Source: Octopus sinensis (Eukaryota). From it: a stretch of 64,000 nt of DNA. Below the pieces are notes generated by a model. That model worked only from the letters and a program-made list of their open reading frames with translations, was not told the DNA's origin and did not search any database. This document shows, in pieces, positions 25,101 to 37,914 of this stretch. The stretch lies in the NCBI RefSeq assembly GCF_006345805.1, contig NC_043013.1, positions 36,146,001-36,210,000 of the forward strand. The letters run 5' to 3'. Numbering within the stretch: position 1 is the first letter of the stretch; each line of letters starts with the position of its first letter. Position numbers and translations under genes: made by a program.

Positions 25101-25486
25101 CAAACCCAAACTGGAACAGCAGCAAATCATGAGAAATCGATGGCAAGAAAAGCCCCTTCATGGCCAATGTTGGGTTAAGTTAAACAGAAAAGAAATAGAC
25201 AAAGCAAAATCCCAACAATGGCTGAGAAGCTCAGGACTCAAAGCAGAGACTGAAGGATTTCTCTCCAGAAATCACGAAAAACATGATGAAAAGAAATACA
25301 AGTAACTGCAGAATATGTGGTGATGGAGAAGAAACAATAAATCATATTGTCCCTAGCTGCCCAGTCCTGGCTAAAAAGGAATATATTTACAGACATGACA
25401 AGGTTGGGACCTACATACACTGGAAGCTATGCCAACACTATGGAATAACAGAAAAAAAGATGGTATAAGCACAAGCCAGAAAAGGT
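22160..25486 (+). pseudogene. Decayed non-LTR retrotransposon, R4/Dong-like (RLE type)
   Basis: N-terminal KWTHEEY; RT motifs NWKAP..DKIPNFW, NYRP, EQKGF, KDQLLINK, TLSPLLF, HLLYTNDLKL, YKYLG, GGRGL; CRIC...HIVPSC zinc knuckle; many stops and frameshifts; truncated before the endonuclease. Confidence 0.9.
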
Positions 25487-25829
25487 GGTGATGGTGGTGG
25501 TGGTGGTGGCCATGATGATGATAGTGGTGGTGCTAGTGGTGGCGATGATGGTGGTGATGATGATGGTGGTGGTGATGATGATGAAGACGACGATGACAAC
25601 GACGATGACATCGACAACGATATGACAATAGTAATGTTGAGGAAGGCAATAATGACAATGACAATTTTGATGGTAAGATGATGGAGACGACGACGACGAT
25701 GACGATACTGCTGCAGATACTGCAGAAGATGATGATGAAGATTATTAGAATAATTATAATGGAGAGGAGTTAACCCTAACCCAAACTCTAATTCTGCTGC
25801 TATTGATGTTAGTGATGTTAGTGACGGCG

Positions 25830-27110
25830 GCAACGAGCATGTTTAATTAATTCAGTCTGGAGGAAAAGTCTATGATCATAAGCGATCACGGGTCCTCCGA
25901 GTCCTCTGTGACTGGTGCAGAGAGAGAACCCCTGAGACCCGACCGTTCTGTGAAGAAATGACTGGGTGCAGAGGCTTGCACCGAACTTGAAAGATTTGGA
26001 CGCGATATGTGTGACAAGGAGAAGGAGAGGAAAGACGTTTGAGGTAACACAAGACCAATAAAATCCTAGAAGCAGATACCATTGTAGTAGCGTTAGAAAA
26101 GGAAAAGAGTGGACATAGCTGTACACCAGTGGGCAACAGCTCTGAGTACTTGGGAATGAGTTCATGCCGGTCAGTGAAATGCTTTTCTCTAGATGCACTC
26201 TACGAAGTACACGTATGTAGCAGCACAGTCCTGGTTATGCGATCAGTACTTCATCACTAGTCTCTTTGTCAAGAGTTAGTTGTTTTTGAATTGGTTTGAA
26301 CTATTTTCTAGTTCTGATAAGAGAGGCCAGTGAAGTAGTCTTTTCTTAGCTAAGAATGTACGTTCGTGGGGAAATTCATAACGAGTGTGAGCTTTAGGGC
26401 TGCAAATTACTCAGTAGTCTCTTGTTCTCTCTAAGTATCGAAACTCACCTTAAATCTTGTAAGCCATCCAGATGAGAACGTGCGCAATTATTTTTATATT
26501 CATTTTCTTCTGGAAAATCCTTTGCCTTCTCGATAAGATGGGGTTCGATCTTTTAATTGAAAATCAATCATACAATATTTTGTCGAGGTCTTCGCTTCTT
26601 GCTTGATGATGCATGCAACATTCTTTGACTGCCTTTGGATTCTCAGACTTCAGGTAGAATTCCTTCAATTTGATGTTTTACGGATTGATGTCGAACAGTG
26701 TTGATAATCCAGTGTTATATTCATCCATCAAATGTTAACGATTTTTACCATTCTCAAGGCGAGCACATACATCCGTCGTTTGCTTGAGAGTAAGAACTAC
26801 ACTCCTGTCCGAAGACATTGTTGTCGATGGGCTGCTGCGAGAAAATTTACGGAAATCCTGTCGTACAGATACACAATAAAGAAAACGTATGAACAAATGA
26901 CTAGCGACTGACTGTTGCTGTTGGCATCAGACGGTAGCAAAATGGCGGAATGGTAATAAAAGCCATTAATCGACACAAAATTTGAACCAGTGTTCTTGCG
27001 GAAATTATTCGTTTCCATCAAGATGCCTGATGTATGAGCGTTCCTATTTTTTTTCGTATCGGACAACAGGAGGTTCACTACGTTTGAAGTCATCGTTATT
27101 GCTCAAGACG
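25830..27110 (-). pseudogene. Decayed Tigger/pogo (CENP-B/Jerky-like) transposase
   Basis: LTLKQ...RLENG...EYNTGLSTLFDI (HTH), EDLDKILYD*F, SSGWLTRFK, DRIT, TGMNSFP, EDSEDP*SLMIID. Confidence 0.75.
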
Positions 27111-27362
27111 AGTGCCACTAGTGTTTAAGAGTATTGAGGTGTAATCATATTTTTTAAAATATATTTTTGATATTTGAGATAGTTGCAGTTCGTTTTTTTT
27201 TGTGTGTGTGTTTTTGTGATGTTGAAAGACAAGAAATGAATTTCTCAATTAGAGGATGATTTCGATGTCTCTGTTCGTGGCGTCAATACACATTCACTGT
27301 GAGGTGCCTAGGCTGGGTGTGGAAGGTTAGGAAGAACAAAAGGTAAATACCATTTGTATATT

Positions 27363-27413
<51 letters not shown>

Positions 27414-27430
27414 ATATATATATATATATC

Positions 27431-27470
<40 letters not shown>

Positions 27471-27528
27471 ATATATATATATGTGTGTATATATATATGT
27501 ATATGTATATACATGTATATATATACGT

Positions 27529-27577
<49 letters not shown>

Positions 27578-27732
27578 CATACATACATATGTATATATGT
27601 ATATATATACATGTATATGTATTTGAGAGTTTATGATTGTGTGCATATGTGTATATAAAATATAAGCGTGTATATGCATGTAGGTGTATGAACGTTTGTA
27701 GGTGTGTGTGTGTAAGTTTGTGCGCGTGTATG

Positions 27733-27768
<36 letters not shown>

Positions 27769-28099
27769 CGTTTATAGATGCGTACAGGAAGATTCAAGAT
27801 GCAGGAAGAAAAAGGGAAAGACAACAACAAAAGCTATCCCTTAAACCACCACCGCTGCTGCTGCTACTGCCGTTGCTGCTGCTGCTGCTGCTGCTGCTAC
27901 TTCGACTGCTGCTTCTACTCTCAATACTTAAAACAACTAACATCAAACATTTTTTTTTTCAATATCTTAATCAATGCAGAGAACATTGACACAAAACTTG
28001 GATAATTTTTTTTTCTTTTCTGCATTTTTAATTCCCATAATTTTCTTTTTTATTGTTATTTTGCCTTGTTTTGTTAATTTTCACGTGTATTTTTGAAAA

Positions 28100-28136
<37 letters not shown>

Positions 28137-29749
28137 TAGTTGTTACATACATACAAACATACACACATGCATGCATACATACATACATATATTCATACAT
28201 ATATACAAGCATACATACATACATAAATACATACATGCATACCTACATAGATATGCACACATACATATATACACATATACACATACATACATAAATACAT
28301 ACATACATACGTACGTACGTATATATAAACACACATATAAATAAACCATACATACATCATACATACATGCCATCGCACACATATATACATACACACACAC
28401 GTACATACTAGCACATACATACATAAATACATACACGCATACATACGCACACATACATATATAAATACAAATCTACATACATATACATGCATACATACAT
28501 ACATACGCACACATACAGACATACATACACACATACATACACACATACACATGCATACATACGCACACATACATACGCACACATACATACATACATGCAT
28601 ACACACATACATACACACACATACATGAATACATACATACATGCATATATGCATACACATATCTGTGTATATGTTTATTTCGATTTTTCTTCTTTTATGT
28701 ATCTTGGCATTGTTTTCTGTATTGTTACTTATTAATTTCATCTATAATTAATGATTAAGTATATAGCTGTATGAAAACGTGTGTGTATGTGCATACATGC
28801 ATGTGTGCATGTGTATATGTGTCTGTGTGTGCGTGTGTGTATGTGCATATGATTTTCTGTATATGCATGTATACATTTTTATAATTTGCTTACGAGTTAT
28901 ACAAAACTCTGTCTAGTAATCTATCTGTATGTATGTATGTATGTATGTATGTATGTATGTATGTATGTATGTATATATCCGCTTTCTCTCTCTTTGTATG
29001 TACATACACGCGTACACACATATGTGTATGTATATAAATGCATGTGTGTTGTGTGTGTGGTTATATTTTGTTTTATATATGAATAGGTGTATTATTTTCT
29101 TTTTTCTTTTTTCTGTCCTCTCCAAGTGTCTGTTTGAAAAGTGATTATCGTATTACATTCTGTCAGGTGTCTTTTTAAGTATACATTTTAATTAAACATC
29201 AGTCCTAAAAATACAGTGAAAGCTAACGATCTCTCTTGATACACAATTAAATTGTGGTTCCTAAATGACTTAGATACATCTGTCTCAGAATATCTCAGAA
29301 TCTACGATTAAAAGAAAAAAACATTAGTAGAATATATATATATAAAAAAAAAAGAAAGAAAGAAAGAATTAGCGAAGCAAAACAAATCAAAAATTAATAC
29401 AAGAAGAAAAATCGAAGAATCTTCATAATGTTAATGACAATTTCATTTCATTTTCTAACAATGACAACATACTTTCACTTCCACTTTCACTTTCGTTTTC
29501 GTTTTCTAGCAATAATAGCAGCAGCAGCAGCAGCAACACCATCAACAGCAGCAGCAAGAGCGACATTAATAACAGCCACATCAACATCAGTAACGTACTT
29601 ACAATTTTGTTTTATACGACACTTTGATTCTTGTTCAAAGGTAGAAATTTAATTAACAATGAAAGACGTAGAGGAATTCACGATGTCTCTGAGTTAGACA
29701 TTATTACATTATTTCAGATTAATTTACACACACATACACTTTCATATTT

Positions 29750-29924
<175 letters not shown>

Positions 29925-30479
29925 TAAATCCATGTGCGCTTATTCATAAATATCCATCCACAAACATATGAATATATGTATATATATGTGTGAGTGTGTG
30001 TGTATATATATCAAACATTATGAAAATTAAGAGTCCGATTCATACACTGTAATAGCTGAATATAAACAATTTTAAATGTGCACCAATTAACGAATAAATT
30101 ATTTTCTAACTTCCATGTTATTTGAAACCCTACATTAACTTTTTGAAAATATAATTTTCTTTACTGTTTTTTTCTTTTTAACATAAGCAAATTTAATAAC
30201 TACTGCGTTCCAATAAATATATATATATACTGTCTACACATTGTCGCCTAGGAGAAATGAGAAAGGAAACGCACGGGATATGGTGCGTGAGTGTGTTTGC
30301 ATGTACGTGCGCGTGCTGAGTGTGTTGTATTGTGTTTGAAAGGGAAAGAGTTACAATAAGAGGGGAAAAGAAAGGGCGAGTTGCAAAAAAGGGCCAGGAA
30401 AAGGAAATTAAAGAGACGACGGAGAAAGAAGACCTGAGTTTGACGTAATAAACCGACACCTTTTCTGTACTTCACACTA

Positions 30480-30922
30480 CCACTCTACTCTCTACAACCA
30501 CTTCATTGCAACTATCAGTCTTTCATCATCTTTTTATTTGGAATCTCTCTGTTTTACTCCAAAGGTTGTTGTAGCTTTGGGCCGCACATCTTTTGTATCT
30601 TTTTGGAGAGGCCTTTCACATAGAGTAGACAAACTGAGGACAGTTCATTGGTTTCATCCTCCCTTTTCTTTATAATTGGAATGGCTAGTAGGTTTTGGGG
30701 TAGTTGTTGCTTAAAAGATTGTTACTGAGCTTGATCATTTCTTCGTGGTGGGTATCACGATCGCTACTTATATTCTTTGCTCGATGTTTTAGGCACTGAG
30801 AAATCCCTCTCTTTACATTGTATGGATGGTGGGAATTGAAGTTGAAGTATCGTCCAGTGAAGGTCGGCTTGCGGTATACGGATGTCCTGAATCCATACTT
30901 GGTGCATGTTATTAATACGTTC
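30480..30922 (-). pseudogene. Penelope-like element fragment (RT C-terminus/linker), 5'-truncated
   Basis: FRTSVYRKPTFTGRYFNFNSHHPYNVKRGI...NNYPK, then VCLLYVKGLSKKIQKMCG. Confidence 0.9.
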
Positions 30923-30923
30923 A

Positions 30924-30977
30924 GTAAATAATGTAAATAATGTACATAATTCCTCATCTCTTAAATATAGAACTGTA
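30924..30977 (+). repeat. PLE terminal sequence, inverted relative to the RT fragment; second copy at 31123-31169
   Basis: ATGTAAATAATGTACATAATTCCTCATCTCTTAAATATAGAACTGTA, nearly identical to the reverse complement of 6684-6730. Confidence 0.85.
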
Positions 30978-31218
30978 TTATCTAATTGGTACGAACCGAC
31001 ATTGAACTTTAATAGAGACATATAGAGAAACACCATAAAAAACTAGCTCGTCTTTCAAACCATCGAACTTTCCTATGTAGAAGTAGAGACACAAAGCTAA
31101 TACCACCTGGCTTGAATATAATATGTAAATAATGTACATAATTCCTCATCTTTTAAATATAGGACTGTATTCACATTTTATGTTTTGTTTATACGCTGAA
31201 TATACTGCGGCATAGGAT

Positions 31219-31331
31219 CCTGCGCACGCCAAGTGTTAAAGAACCCCTGAATGTCATATACCAGGCGAAATAACTCGCCCTCGAATCATCAAGAACGATA
31301 GACATCACTATTTAACCATTATTGTGGATCT

Positions 31332-31376
<45 letters not shown>

Positions 31377-31491
31377 TATTGACAGACCATAATAATGGCG
31401 AAATATCAATATCTATCATTCTCGCTGATTTCGATTTATCTCGCCTGGTCTCTGACATTCGCCTGTTATTTAGCACTTGGTATGTGTAGGG
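31219..31491. mobile_element. Old MITE-like inverted repeat around (TA)n
   Basis: 31219-31313 vs 31401-31491 share CCAAGTG.TAAA, GAATGTCA, ACCAGGCGA, GATAGA in inverted orientation. Confidence 0.6.
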
Positions 31492-31625
31492 AGCTTTCCC
31501 AAGACGCAAAACTGCATCAAATTCACTGTATAAACAAAACAAAAGCAAACACTGTATGTGCGATCGATAAGGTCTACATTACTAGAGCTGCTTTCAATTT
31601 GTAATTTCATATATATATATATATA

Positions 31626-31667
<42 letters not shown>

Positions 31668-31712
31668 GAGAGAGAGAGAGAGAGAGATTGATAGATAGAT
31701 GTGTTTATATAT

Positions 31713-31919
31713 TACTCTTTTACTTGTTTCAGTCATTTGACTGCGGCCATGCTGGAGCACCGCCTTTTGTGTATCAAATCGACCCCGGAACTTATGCTTT
31801 GTAAGCCCAGTACTTATTCTATCGGTCTCTTTTGCCGAACCGCTAAGTTACGCGGACGTAAAAACACCAGCATCGGTTGTCAAGCAATGCTAGGGGGACA
31901 AACACAAACACACACACAT

Positions 31920-31960
<41 letters not shown>

Positions 31961-32108
31961 TACGACAGGCTTCTTTCAGTTTCCGTCTACCAAATCCACT
32001 CACGGGGCTATAGCAGAAGACATTTGCCCAAGATGCCACGCAGTGGGACTGAACCCGGAACCATGTGGTTGGTTAGCAAGCTACTTACCACACAGCCACT
32101 CCTGCGCC
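31713..32108 (-). mobile_element. SINE family A, full length
   Basis: Match to family with a small internal deletion. Confidence 0.9.
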
Positions 32109-32124
32109 ATATATATATATATGT

Positions 32125-32460
32125 GGAATCTGTGGAAGCACTCCGTCGGTCACGACAACGAGGGTTCCGGTTGATCCGAATCAACGGAACAGCCTGCTCG
32201 TGAAATTAACGGGGATATTCAGCGTGACACAGAGAGTGACAAGGCCGGCCCTTTGAAGTACAACAGAAACAGGAAGTAAGAGTGAGAGAAAGTTCTGGTG
32301 AAAGAGTACAGCAGGGATCACCACCATCCCCTGCCGGAGCCTCGTGGAGCTTTAGGTGTTTTCGCTCAATAAACACTCACAACGCCCGGTCTGGGAATCG
32401 AAACCGCGATCCTATGACCGCGAGTCCGCTGCCCTAACCACTGGGCCATTGCGCCTCCAT
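32125..32460 (-). mobile_element. SINE family D head/body with family-B tail
   Basis: Head as at 9030-9111; tail CTCGTGAAATTAAC/CAGCGTGACACAGAGAGTGACAAGG as at 2090-2240. Confidence 0.85.
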
Positions 32461-32493
32461 ATATATATATATATATTATTATTATTATTATTA

Positions 32494-32547
<54 letters not shown>

Positions 32548-32929
32548 AAGAGCATGTATTGGTTTAATTGTTTGAACTTTGGGGAAAATGATTTCTGATA
32601 TTTGACACTGGTCTTTACATTCTGAGTTCAAATCCCGCCGAGATCAATTTTGTCTCCCAATCCCTTGGGTGTCTGTAAAATAAATTACCAGTCACATAGC
32701 ATCATCATCACTGGTGATGAGATATGGGCTTTGATCTCTGGTCGATGCATTCGATCATCTTGCATGAAAACGAAGTACGACAGACTACTAGTCTGTACTC
32801 TAAGCGTAAAAGTTGGGAACTGACGCGGTCTACCGGTGCGAAAATTCGTGCATGCGCAGGAAGGGTGGCGTCACCTACAACCCAAAAGGTTTTACCCACG
32901 TGACATTAGTTTTAGCGGGGAAAAAAATG

Positions 32930-33130
32930 AAGTCGGATACTTTTAGAATGCACCTCGTATTTAGGCATGTTCGATTTTGTTCTGAGTTCAAATTCTGCTA
33001 ACGTCGACTTAACTTTGCAGCCTTTCGGGGGGTCGATGAAATAAGTATCAGTTGTGCACTGGGGTCGATGTTATCGACTTGCCCATCCCCTCAAAATTAC
33101 TTGGCTTGTGCTAAAATTAGAAAGAAATAT
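32930..33130 (+). mobile_element. SINE family C, diverged
   Basis: TTCTGAGTTCAAATTC...CTTTCGGGGGGTCGATGAAATAAGTA...GGGGTCGATGTTATCGAC. Confidence 0.75.
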
Positions 33131-33975
33131 TATCATTGTTTTGTCTTTGCACATCTTCTAACGCTGGAGATGTACTACGGTGTCAGCTATTCACTACCAG
33201 TGAACTATGGTAACACTACTTATTTCTTGAGCATCATCCGGAGTATCCGAGCGGTTCCAAGCAGTGCTGATTTCTGCAAGTGCTCCACCCTTATTGCAGT
33301 CCCTATTTGTTCCATGCACTTCTCAAGATTTTTACTCACTGTTCCCAGGGCTCCGACAATTATTGGTACTACTGCCACCTTCTTCAGCGACCCCAATTGC
33401 TTAACCTCCCGATCTAACCTGTCATATCTGTCGACTTTTCTTTTTTGCTTATCGCATACCTTGCTATCAGCACTGAAAGTATACACCGTATCAACGAGGG
33501 AACTTACTTGGGATTCATCTTTACCATAAAGTTTGAGGTCATCCATGAATAACAAGTGGTTGACTTTTTTTAGCACCTCTTGAATACATACCCAGCCTTT
33601 ACTTTCCTGAGAATCAGTGTTAGTGGTAACATGCACTGTACAAAGATCGGTGGGAACAGACAGTCCTCTTGGAAGATGCCTCTCCTGATTTCTATTGTCT
33701 CTAAACTTCTTCCATGTGCTGCCAGTTCCGTCCTCCGCTTCGCCATACTTTTTCCAAGCAATCGCTCAACATTCGATGCAGTACCAAATAGGTTTATACA
33801 TTCCATAATCCAAGAATGTGGGATCATATCATATGCCTTACGATAATCGATCCATGACATGACTAAGTTAGTTTTCCTCTTCTTGCAGTCTCTAAGTACA
33901 GTTTTGTCTACCAGGAGTTGATCCTTGGTATACTTCTGCATTTTCGCTTGCACCTGGCAAAAATAGACTGGGCGA
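33130..33975 (-). pseudogene. R4/Dong-like LINE fragment with an internal deletion joining RT to the 3' end
   Basis: WIDYRKAYDMIPHSWI, RRGIFQED, NHLLFMDDLKLY, then directly VVPIIVGALG...LQKSALLGTARILR* and 3' UTR. Confidence 0.9.
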
Positions 33976-33977
33976 CA

Positions 33978-34140
33978 CATTGTGTTCTTGAAGAAAACAC
34001 TTCGATTCACGTTGCTCCAGTCAGCTCAGCTGGCAAAAATGTGTAATCCTGCGATGGACTGGCATTCCGTTCAGGTGCGGAATATAATCACCACGAAACC
34101 AGGAAATCGGCCTTTGTGATTCACCATGACTCGAGAAGGT
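33978..34140 (+). mobile_element. SINE fragment: family-B core followed by a V-domain-like segment
   Basis: TTCACGTTGCTCCAGTCAGCTCAGCTGGCAAAAATG then CCTGCGATGGACTGGCATTCCGTTCAGG. Confidence 0.6.
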
Positions 34141-34319
34141 AAGTTTTTTTTCTTTTTGAATGGAGCGAATTTAAACAGCTAACATCTTGCTTCCAAAATT
34201 TATTGTTACTATCAACATTATCCTCCATTATCACAACTCTTTTGATACCAGTCTGTTTGAGGCTGTTCCTGCTTCTATGATGCAAAGTTCCTGTTTTAAA
34301 GAAATATATGTTCTTTACT

Positions 34320-34705
34320 ACTCTAGGCACAAGGTCCGAAATTTGGAGAGGGGCCAGTCGATTAGATCGACCCCAGTACGTAACTAGTACTTAATTTATC
34401 GACCCCGAAAGGATGAAAGGCAAAGTCGACCTCGGCTGAATTTGAACTCAGAACGTAAAGACAGACGAAATACCTATTCCTTTACTACCCACAAGGGGCT
34501 AAACACAGAGAGGACAAACAAGGACAGACAAACGGATTAAGTCGATTATGTCGACCCCAGTGCGTAACTGGTACTTATTTAATCGACCTTGAAAGGATGA
34601 AAGGCAAAGTCGATCTCAGCGGAATTTGAACTCAGAACGTAACGGCAGACGAAATACGGCTACGCATTTCGCCCGGCGTGCTAACGTTTCTGCCAGCTCG
34701 CTGCG
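34320..34705 (-). mobile_element. Two nested/tandem SINE family C copies with different tails
   Basis: Body AAAGGATGAAAGGCAAAGTCGA...GAATTTGAACTCAGAACGTAA occurs twice; tails 34320-34360 and 34475-34540 differ. Confidence 0.85.
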
Positions 34706-34720
34706 TTTAAAGAAATATAT

Positions 34721-35122
34721 ATTCTTTACTCTTTTACTTGTTTCAGTCATTTGACTGTGGCCATGCTGGAGCATTGCCTTTAGTCGAGCAAATCGCCCCC
34801 AGGACTTATTCTTTGTAAGCCTAGTACTTATTCTATCGGTCTGTTTTGCTGAACCGCTGGGTTACGTGGACGTAAACATACCAGCATCGGTTGTCAAGCG
34901 ATGTTGGGGGGACAAACACAAACAAATAAACACACACACACACATATAGTCATATACATATATACGACGGGCTTCTTTCAGTTTCCGTCTACCAAATCCA
35001 CTCACAAGGCTTTGGTCGGCCCGAGGCTATAGTAGAAGACACTTGGCCAAGGTGCCAGGCAATGCGACTGAAACCGGAACCATGTGGTTGGTAAACAAGC
35101 TACTTACCACACAGCCACTCCT
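34721..35122 (-). mobile_element. SINE family A, full length
   Basis: Match to family. Confidence 0.9.
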
Positions 35123-35200
35123 ACATATATATTAAAATTTTCCATTAAAGTTTCGTATAAATTTATGTTTTAAACACAAGTTGACAGAATCGTTAGAACT

Positions 35201-35412
35201 CTCTTTACACTCTTTTACTTGTTTCAGTCATTTTGACTGCGGCCATGCTGGAGCACCGCCTTTAGTCGAGCAAATCGACCCCGGGACTTATTCTTTGTAA
35301 GCCTAGTACTTATTCTATCGGTCTCTTTTGCCGAACCGCTAAGTGACGAGGACGTAAACACACCAGCATCGGTTGTCAAGCAATGCTAGGGGGACAAACA
35401 CAGACACACACG
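35201..35412 (-). mobile_element. SINE family A, 3' half
   Basis: Ends at the internal (CA)n. Confidence 0.85.
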
Positions 35413-35689
35413 TACATCAGCTTCATTATTCTTCACCTATCCTACCAAGAACTCAAAACGACCTCGAACACACAAGTGCAAACAAGGGAGTCAGAGAAAG
35501 GCAGAATGCTACTTATATCTGAACACTACTACAGAAATATTCTTTTAAAAAAACTTTTCTTCTAATTTTTCTAAATTTAATTATTTTAATCGTTACAGTT
35601 GAAAAGGTCTTAAAATGACCGAAACCGGTACTGAAAGATTCACTATAAAATCATCTTAGCATTTTCTATTTTTGACTTGTTTTTTCATA

Positions 35690-35858
35690 TATATATACAT
35701 ATATACGACAGGCTTCTTTCAGTTTCCGTCTACCAAATCCACTCACAAGACATTGGTCGGCCCGGGGCTATAGCAGAAGACACTTGCCCAAGATGCCACG
35801 CAGTGGGACTGAACCCGGAACCATGTGGTTGGTTAGCAAGCTACTTACCACACAGCCA
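35690..35858 (-). mobile_element. SINE family A, 5' half
   Basis: Starts at the internal (TA)n. Confidence 0.85.
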
Positions 35859-36454
35859 CGAAAAAAATTACTTATCTGTTGTTCTTCCAGCTTTTCTTTT
35901 CCACAAAGGTCGACTCAGCTTTTCATCTTTGTTGGGACGACAAAATAAAGTACCAAAAACTGGGAACGATGATATCGACCAGTTCCTTCCCCCCAAAATC
36001 GCTAACCCTGTTCCAAACTTTGCGATCGTTAATGATAAAGTTATTTTTACTCGATTCTTCATTAATTTTTAAAATTAATTGAAGCAAAGGCTGTGTATTT
36101 CAACGAAAATAAAAGGGTTAAAACCATAACGAAACAAACCGATAATGTTTTTAGTTTTTCTATTTTCTCCTAATTTCTCATTATTAGAAGAATGGTTATT
36201 CCTGTATTCGTACTTTGCACCGAGTATTTGCAGACTGACAAGAACAAAAGCTTTCCCAATAGGTCAAGTTCCTTCTGTAATTCGAAGATTCGTTTTGAAG
36301 AACTTACTTCCATAACAAACCGTTGCTAAATTGGAATGCTATCCTGTTATTAATGAATTTGCTGAGAAGTGAGAGCATTTTTGTCTTTTGTGCTACATCA
36401 AAACTATCAGCGAAAACCTTTCATCTATCTAGCTAATTGTTTATCAACTTCTTT

Positions 36455-36516
36455 TTATGTGTGTGTGTGTGTGTGTGTGTGTGTACGTATGCATGTATGT
36501 ATACACACACACACAT

Positions 36517-36553
<37 letters not shown>

Positions 36554-36578
36554 CGTATATATATGTACATATACTCAT

Positions 36579-36611
<33 letters not shown>

Positions 36612-36692
36612 CACATACATATACATTTATATCTATATATATACATATACATATATAAATATAGACACACACACACATATATATATACATAC

Positions 36693-36727
<35 letters not shown>

Positions 36728-36818
36728 CATATATATATACGTATATATATACAAATATAAATATAGACACACATACATATACATATACAGATATAAATAT
36801 AGACACACCCACACACAC

Positions 36819-36850
<32 letters not shown>

Positions 36851-37099
36851 AACATACATATGTATGTATATGTATATATACATATGTATATGTGTGTGTG
36901 AGTGTGTGCGTGTGCAAGAACGTGTGATTGTTTTTATAAGTCAACATACATATGTGTATTTCTGTGTATACGTGCATATGTATTGTGTCGTGTGTTCGAC
37001 CTATTATATGTTTATATGTACGAGTGTGTTTTTGTATGTTCGTGCGTTTACATACGTGTGGTTAGGAATGTCTGAATATGTCTACATGTCTGTGTGTAT

Positions 37100-37194
<95 letters not shown>

Positions 37195-37880
37195 TGTGTG
37201 TTTGTATGTGTATGTTTATTTCTTTTTGTATATGCGTGTACGTACAGTTGAATAATTATATGTTCATGTACATACATATACATACACACACACACACATG
37301 AATATGTGTTTATATATGTATGTATATTTATATATGTGAATGCGTGTGCGTATTGTAGTGAGTGTATATTTTTGTTCCCTCCCCCCCCACTTCTTATTCT
37401 TCCCTCTACGTCCATCTCTCTTTCATCTCACTTTACATCTTTCCTGCTTAATTATTTATCTATGTTTACTTATCAGTGAGTGCCTATTCGTATGTCTTTC
37501 TCTCTGTCTCTCTCTCTGTCTATTTATCTATTTGTCCATCTCTCTGTCTACTCCTCCTCCTCCTCCTCCTCTGTCTCTCTCTCTCTCACTTTCTCATTCA
37601 TTTTCTCTCTCTCCTTCTTCGTTAGTTCTGTCAGTACATCCATCGCACTGTAAATTCATTAGTTCATTGTTTAGTGCTCCCACCGCTTTCTATCTCTTTA
37701 TCACGACACCTCTCTCTCTCTCTCTGCCTGCTTTCTATTATCCTTTCTCCTTTTCTCCTCTTTTCCTTTCGCTCACACATGCATGCATATATGTATGTAT
37801 ATATGTATGTATATATGTATGCATGCATGTATGTATATATGTATGTTGTATGTATATATGTATGTATGCATGTATGTATG

Positions 37881-37914
<34 letters not shown>

